From the NCBI RefSeq assembly GCF_009914755.1, contig NC_060935.1: a DNA stretch of 64,000 nt; one strand, 5' to 3'. Below the pieces are notes generated by a model. The model saw nothing but the letters and a program-made list of their open reading frames with translations, made no database searches and was not told the origin of the DNA. The DNA is from the human T2T-CHM13v2.0 reference genome, Homo sapiens. The translations under genes and the position numbers were made by a program. Of the stretch, positions 60,551 through 64,000 are shown in pieces (position 1 is the first letter of the stretch; each line of letters starts with the position of its first letter).

Positions 60551-61310
60551 GATGGAAAGCAGAGATTATAGATTTCTAATTAGCAGAGGAAAAAAGGGAA
60601 TAAAGTATAGAAAGCTTTGTCAACTTGGTAGGTAACAGAAAAGGAAACAAAAGATAAAAAGAAACATGTAGTGTGGGGGTAGCATTATGTCCAAATATAT
60701 TTGTAATCACAATAATTATAAATGGATATCATATAGTTTTGAAGTATTTCGTTTAAAACTTTAAAAATGCTGAAGCAACAAGGCTTTGAGAACAGGATTA
60801 AATTTTAAGAATGAGTGTTTTATACAGAAGAGGAAAAGTTACCCTTAGGAAGCAATGACAGAGCACATTTTAAAGCAGCTTTCAATAATGCCTAAAATTT
60901 TTGTTGACCAGTTCTTTGGCATTCTTCTTTTTTACATTAGCTGTGACCAGAAACAGTTTTATTATTATTGCTGATGATTTTGTTGATGTTAATACTCCCT
61001 CTGTCTACATTATCTTAATATGTCTTCAGGCACTATGGATCTAAAAGCTGAAATTACTTATCTGTTCATAACTTTTCCCTCTTTGTTTATCTGCTTCTCC
61101 CAAAGGCTTTACATCTTTCTGTTGAGTTTTTAGGAACCAAAATCTCTTAACTATAGAATACAATGGCTAAGTAGTTCATTTTCACTTCCAGGAGTGTGTT
61201 GGACACTACCTAATACACTGAAAAATTTTTCATTAAAATAAATACTGGATTTTAATCCTTTGTTCAGTAACCTCTTCTGGCATTGTTAGGGAGTGATATA
61301 TTCTGGTTAA

Positions 61311-61526
<216 letters not shown>

Positions 61527-63243
61527 TAATAGCAATTCAGACAAAAGAGAAGTTGAATAAGTGATGATGCAAATTTTTGTCTTAGTTGTAAAAGTGATTC
61601 ATGATTTTTTTTCCTGGCAAAAAATGTCAAGCGCCTACTACAAGCCTATTATTAAACTAGGTACTGTGGGATACAAAAGTATAAGACATGGATTCAAAAT
61701 TTATTTTCTTTGTTGAGGAGATAAGACAGTATATATTCCAGAAGACATGCAGTTTACAAATGAGTTTAGTTTGAAAAATTGTTTTTGGTGTCATTTGTTT
61801 GCATCTTGCAGATAATGCAGGTAAGTTATAGCAGAACCTTAAATAATTTGAAGAGCACTTCAGGAAGAGGTTTTAATGTTTGGTGACTATTGGGAAGCAA
61901 AGAGGAGCTTTGTTATACCTTGAAGTTGGTGTGGAGGTTGGTGAATAAGGCTGGGTGACCTTTAGAGATTTCTACAGGGGTTTTCTAGGTGGGTTTAACC
62001 GCTATGATGGTGATTAGGGGAGGATGATAAATAAAAAGCTGTTGAGTCAGTAAGCTGGAAATCTTTCAGATCCCTATTCAGGATTTTGCCTTTAATGTAT
62101 ACAGGTAAGATTATCTTTGCCTTTATTTCATTTTGGTGACCACTCGTCTTTTGTGGGACTGCTGACAGCTGCTTTTTATGAATGCACAGTCCTAGTCGTT
62201 AGGAATATGGATATTGGAGTCAGATTGATATAAGTTTAATTATAGGCACTCCTGACAACTATTACTCCAGTAAATGGAAACTTCTACTCACTAGGCTCTA
62301 AATCCTATGATAAGAGGAATTACATCTCTAATGCTTACCATTGTATTAACACTATATCTCTAGCACAGTGCCTGGTATGTAGTAGGCTCTCAGTAAAACT
62401 TTGTTAGTGAATGAAGGTGAATGCTTGCTGTGTTTAGGGCTATCACAGCAATCATTGAGAATAAAAATCTTGAGTAGATGATATTTGTTCCACCCTGGGT
62501 TACCTCCAGCCTCAACTTTTGGTATTTATTTTTATGTAACTCATATTGGCATAATTACTCCAACTTTTGTGCTATTGATAAGGTGCAAAAGCATTAGACC
62601 AGTTGTTATAAGGCTGGAGTGAAATTACTTATAGACAAATCTCTAAAGATTAAAGAGCTGTGAAGGTAAGTATATAGATACATAGAGATACAAGTAAGAA
62701 TTTCATTTTTCTGACTAGAAGCTACAGCGGTAATATCTTTAGAGTCCAGTAGATGGCAATACTTTCTCACTTTAATGGAAAAAATTAGAGCAGGCATAGA
62801 ATCCAAGTCAAAAGGAGCAAATCTTTGTGGATGAAAGAAACCCAAGATATTGAAATAGCAATTTGGTGATGAATTTCACAAAAATAACCATATAACTTGA
62901 TCGTCTCGAGTACATAGGCTGAGATTGAAGATTTAGGTATAAAAAGTTTCAGGATCTGTTTTGAAAGCCTGAACAAATGAAAACTCCTTATTTTATATTT
63001 TTCAATTTGTTCTGGTACTGTGTTGCTTAGCAAATCACTTAACTTCTCTCAGTTTTAGGTTCCTCATCTCAAAAGTAAGAAAATCCTAATTAGCTGGATA
63101 ACACCGCAGGGAATATTAGTTATCTAGCCCAACACTCTTATTTTGTAGATGGAAAAACTGACGTTCAGGGGGCTCATGATTTATTGAACTTGACATGGCA
63201 AGTTAGCTCTATGCTACAGATGATAACTTAGACATAGCTATAA

Positions 63244-63545
63244 TTTATTTTATTTATTATTATTATTTTTGAGATGGCATCTCATTCTGTCACCCAGGCT
63301 GGAGTGCAGTGGCATGATCTCGGCTCACTGCAACCTCTGCCTCCCAGGTTCAATCGGTTACCTGCTTCAGCCTCCCGAGTAGCTGGGATTATAGGCATCC
63401 GCCACCACACCCAGCTAATTTTTGTATTTTTAGTAGAGATGGGGTTTCACCATGTTGTCCAGGCTGGTCTCGAACTCCTGACCTCAAGTGATCTGCCCAC
63501 CTCGGCTTCCCAAAGTGCTGGGATTACAGGCATGAGCTACCAGCT
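63244..63545 (-). mobile_element. AluS
   Basis: Full dimer; TSD gctataattta. Confidence 0.9.
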
Positions 63546-63598
63546 GCTATAATTTATTTATCTCTATATATCTATATACTTACCTTCATAGCTCTTTA

Positions 63599-63897
63599 AT
63601 TTTTTTTTTTTTTTTTTTGGACAAGTCTCGTTCTGTCACCCAGGCTGGAGTGCAGTGGCGCGATCTCGGCTCACTGCAAGCTCCGCCTCCTGGGTTCAAG
63701 CAATTCTCTCTCTCAGCCTCCCGAGTGGCTGGGATTACAGGGGCCTGCCACCACGCCCGGCTAATTTTTTTGTGTTTTTAGTAGAGATGGGGTTTCAGCA
63801 TCTTGTCCAGGCTGGTCTTGAACTCCTGACCTCGTGATCCACCCGCCTCGGCCTCCCAAAGTGCTGGGATTACAGGCGTGAGCCACTGCGCCTGGCC
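63599..63897 (-). mobile_element. AluS (Sg/Sc-like)
   Basis: Full dimer; TSD catagctctttaat. Confidence 0.92.
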
Positions 63898-64000
63898 CAT
63901 AGCTCTTTAATCTTTAGAGTTTTGTCTGTAATTCATTTATTCCAGCCTTATAACAACCTTAGAGGAAGGTAGGGCCAATTTATCATTATTTGCTTAAAAG

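Larger units (their letters stand above)
58930..60740 (+). mobile_element. Fragments of old L1M ORF1 region interleaved with Alus and a MITE
   Basis: aggctgacagcagacttctcatcagcagcagtagatgccagaaga; gagagtttactacccacagacc. Confidence 0.5.

Overview
Human (primate) genomic DNA lying entirely inside the UVRAG gene (UV radiation resistance-associated; PI3KC3 complex II/Beclin 1 partner), transcribed on the + strand. The window runs from intron 1 into intron 5 and contains four coding exons (2-5: 17609-17726, 27472-27506, 45607-45768, 54557-54631; 390 nt, residues ~40-169, covering the C2 domain). I identified them from GT-AG boundaries and a continuous spliced frame that matches the UVRAG protein as I remember it. 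The rest is repeat-dense intron: about 50 Alu/FLAM copies, a full-length antisense SVA with TSD 0.94 kb upstream of exon 4, two Y-RNA retropseudogenes (Y1, Y3), solo ERV1 LTRs (MER51; MER4 nested inside an Alu), MaLR LTR pieces, DNA-transposon MITEs and L1/L2/MIR remnants. Almost all supplied ORFs are Alu/SVA/L1 artefacts. I see no direct evidence for a novel gene or system. The best leads are inferences: (1) a stop-free, ATG-containing circRNA frame from exons 2-4 or 2-5 flanked by inverted Alus; (2) SVA-borne cryptic splice sites and a G4 hexamer tract; (3) a candidate poison exon in intron 5; (4) a sense mini-L1 poly(A) signal just after exon 3; (5) a strong CTCF motif; (6) several template-switch hairpins. 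Repeat subfamily calls are by eye, and the boundaries of old repeats are approximate.
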